A stretch of 63,843 nucleotides of DNA, counting the filler, from Asterionella formosa (taxonomy: Eukaryota), in the NCBI GenBank assembly GCA_002256025.1. It is 5 parts of 5 records of this genome, joined end to end, with 100 filler letters (N's around TTAATTAATTAA, not from the genome) between each part and the next. Parts side by side here need not be neighbours in the genome. Positions count along the whole stretch, not along the records: positions 51,164 to 63,843 come from NKIB01007287.1; 4 more parts are not named here. One strand, written 5' to 3'. The notes beneath the pieces are model-generated. The model searched no databases, was not told the origin of the DNA, and saw only the letters and a list, made by a program, of their open reading frames with translations. This document shows positions 62,132 through 63,843 of this stretch, piece by piece. The first letter of the stretch is position 1. Each line of letters begins with the position of its first letter. A program made the translations under genes and the position numbers.

Positions 62132-63457
62132 ATGACTGACTCACACTGGATTTCTCCATTGAAACCACGAACACCTCGCTCTCAACAGACAGAAGCATCG
62201 AGAACGAGTGAATCGACGCCAGCCCCGAACAAGAAGAAGGTTATGCGAAGGAGGACAACGTACAATCGTTGCTATTTTGGCGTCTTGGCTGTAGTAATTT
62301 CAGCTATTCCAGTCATGGTGTTCTCCTTCCTCTCTGGTGCAAAGCCCACCACAGCTGTAGCTAGTTCAGCGCTTCAAGTAAATATGGAGGCAAGACTCAG
62401 GGGTTCCCTATGGGGATTCTTCGCAGGAGATGCTCTTGCTGCGCCCACTCATTGGTACTATGGTGGGGCTGCCCAAGTCAGGCGAGATTATGGCAGCAGT
62501 GGGATCACTGATTATGTCAAGCCAAAGACGAATCTAGAAGGCTCCATTCTGAATAAATCAAATATCAACGGAGGAGGTCGTGGCAGCTTTAGCAAGACTT
62601 CAGAGGGAATCTCCATTATTGGTGACGTTATCAATCATGGAAAACGAGACTATTGGGATCCCTCAAAACAGATACATTATCATGCGACTCTACAAAAGGG
62701 GGAAAACACTTTAGAAGCACAATTGGCGCGAGTATTGATGAAATCAATTGTCGCCTGCGGGGGCGAATTTGACGCTGACCACTTCCGAGAGGCATATATT
62801 GCATTCATGACTACTCCAGGCTCCCACAATGATACTTATGCATCTACGTGCCATCGAATGTTCTTCGCGAATCTGAAGCTCCGAAAGTTAGACCCCAAGG
62901 ACTGCCCTGACAATGATATGCACAATGTTGATACTATTGATGGACTTGTTTTACCAACAATTAGTGCATTGGCAATGACAGCTCAAGGACAATCTGACCA
63001 AAAGATTGCTCAAGTGGCTGCACAGACTGCTGCTGTGACTAGACGATCTGATACGCTAGAAAAGATGTCTAGACTTTGGTCACAAATTGTCAGTGCATCC
63101 CTCAGGGACGAATCCGAAGAGGCGCTGATGGAAGACTTAACATCTACTTCTAAACAACTAGGACTTCGTCGGCCTAATGGTCGTGGATCTGATGAAATGA
63201 CTGCATGCTATATTTCACAGTCCTTTCCACCAACAATCAATATGATTGCAAAGTACCATGACAGGTGCTGGGATGGTTTGTTGGCCAATGCCAACATTGG
63301 AGGTGAAAATGTTCATCGTGGGTCCATTTTGGGTGCTGTGCTGGGAGCTAGAGCTGGCCTTCCCAACCTACCACAGATGTTGTCAGAAGGGCTGCATGAT
63401 AAAATATTACTTGAACAAGAAATTGATGCCTTTGTAAAGGCTGTAATGAAGAAGTAG
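62132..63457 (+). CDS. ADP-ribosylglycohydrolase (ARH/DraG/crystallin J1) family protein
   Basis: RLRGSLWGFFAGDALAAPTHWYY and NANIGGENVHRGSILGAVLGA. The start Met is uncertain (several candidates upstream of MEARLRG). Confidence 0.85.
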   Translation: MTDSHWISPLKPRTPRSQQTEASRTSESTPAPNKKKVMRRRTTYNRCYFGVLAVVISAIPVMVFSFLSGAKPTTAVASSALQVNMEARLRGSLWGFFAGDALAAPTHWYYGGAAQVRRDYGSSGITDYVKPKTNLEGSILNKSNINGGGRGSFSKTSEGISIIGDVINHGKRDYWDPSKQIHYHATLQKGENTLEAQLARVLMKSIVACGGEFDADHFREAYIAFMTTPGSHNDTYASTCHRMFFANLKLRKLDPKDCPDNDMHNVDTIDGLVLPTISALAMTAQGQSDQKIAQVAAQTAAVTRRSDTLEKMSRLWSQIVSASLRDESEEALMEDLTSTSKQLGLRRPNGRGSDEMTACYISQSFPPTINMIAKYHDRCWDGLLANANIGGENVHRGSILGAVLGARAGLPNLPQMLSEGLHDKILLEQEIDAFVKAVMKK

Positions 63458-63843
63458 TGGGTGCACTCTGATAATGAAAAATTATAATATTATGTGTGTA
63501 ACAACACAAATCATAGTACCCATAACCCCAAAATTTGTGTTTGTGTTGACCAAATGTGGTAAACCTGGTAAGAACCTAAATAACAGTACAATATATAAGA
63601 AGATGTTTAGGCATGAATGACTATATACAACTTCCTGGAATATTTCAACACTTGCTTGCTCATCCTCAAAATGGGCAGCTCTTGCCAGAATAGATATGCA
63701 TATACATATGCATATCATTACATATCAATCAACCTCCTCAATAAATTAATCATCATTGCTTTTAGATTTCGACCATGTCTTCATCTTCTTCTGGTCAAAG
63801 GAGATCAGCCAGGGAGGGCTTCCCTTCCTCTCCAAGGCTGCTT

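Overview
Eukaryotic nuclear DNA, almost certainly from a diatom or a close ochrophyte relative. The evidence is an LHCX light-harvesting gene, bipartite signal-peptide + 'AF(A/V)P' plastid-targeting leaders, and short GT-AG introns. The window is not one locus. It is five scaffolds of 12701, 12699, 12682, 12681 and 12680 nt, in descending size order, joined by identical 100-nt spacers (N44-TTAATTAATTAA-N44). Intact host genes: a secreted Pro/Thr-rich mucin-like protein, FEN1, an MBOAT/wax-synthase-like acyltransferase, an EF-hand membrane protein, a plastid-targeted CPYC-type GST, a JmjC/cupin protein, an HSD17B10-like SDR, GT31- and GT92-like glycosyltransferases, an HDAC-family deacetylase, LHCX, a TPR protein and an ADP-ribosylglycohydrolase-family protein. 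Much of the rest is decayed transposon DNA: pogo/DDE_1 with TIRs, mariner, Plavaka-like, DIRS-like, TIR non-autonomous elements and a probable tRNA-derived SINE. The most striking observation occurs independently on scaffolds 3 and 4. A Mutator (MULE)-type transposase appears split inside its DDE catalytic domain into two convergent, tail-to-tail genes: DNA-binding domain + first Asp on the + strand, and second Asp + CxxH + Glu + SWIM-like finger on the - strand. On both scaffolds a homologous 2OG-Fe(II) dioxygenase-like gene lies upstream, and on scaffold 4 a Plavaka-like transposase as well. All family assignments come from motif recognition by eye; no database searches were run.
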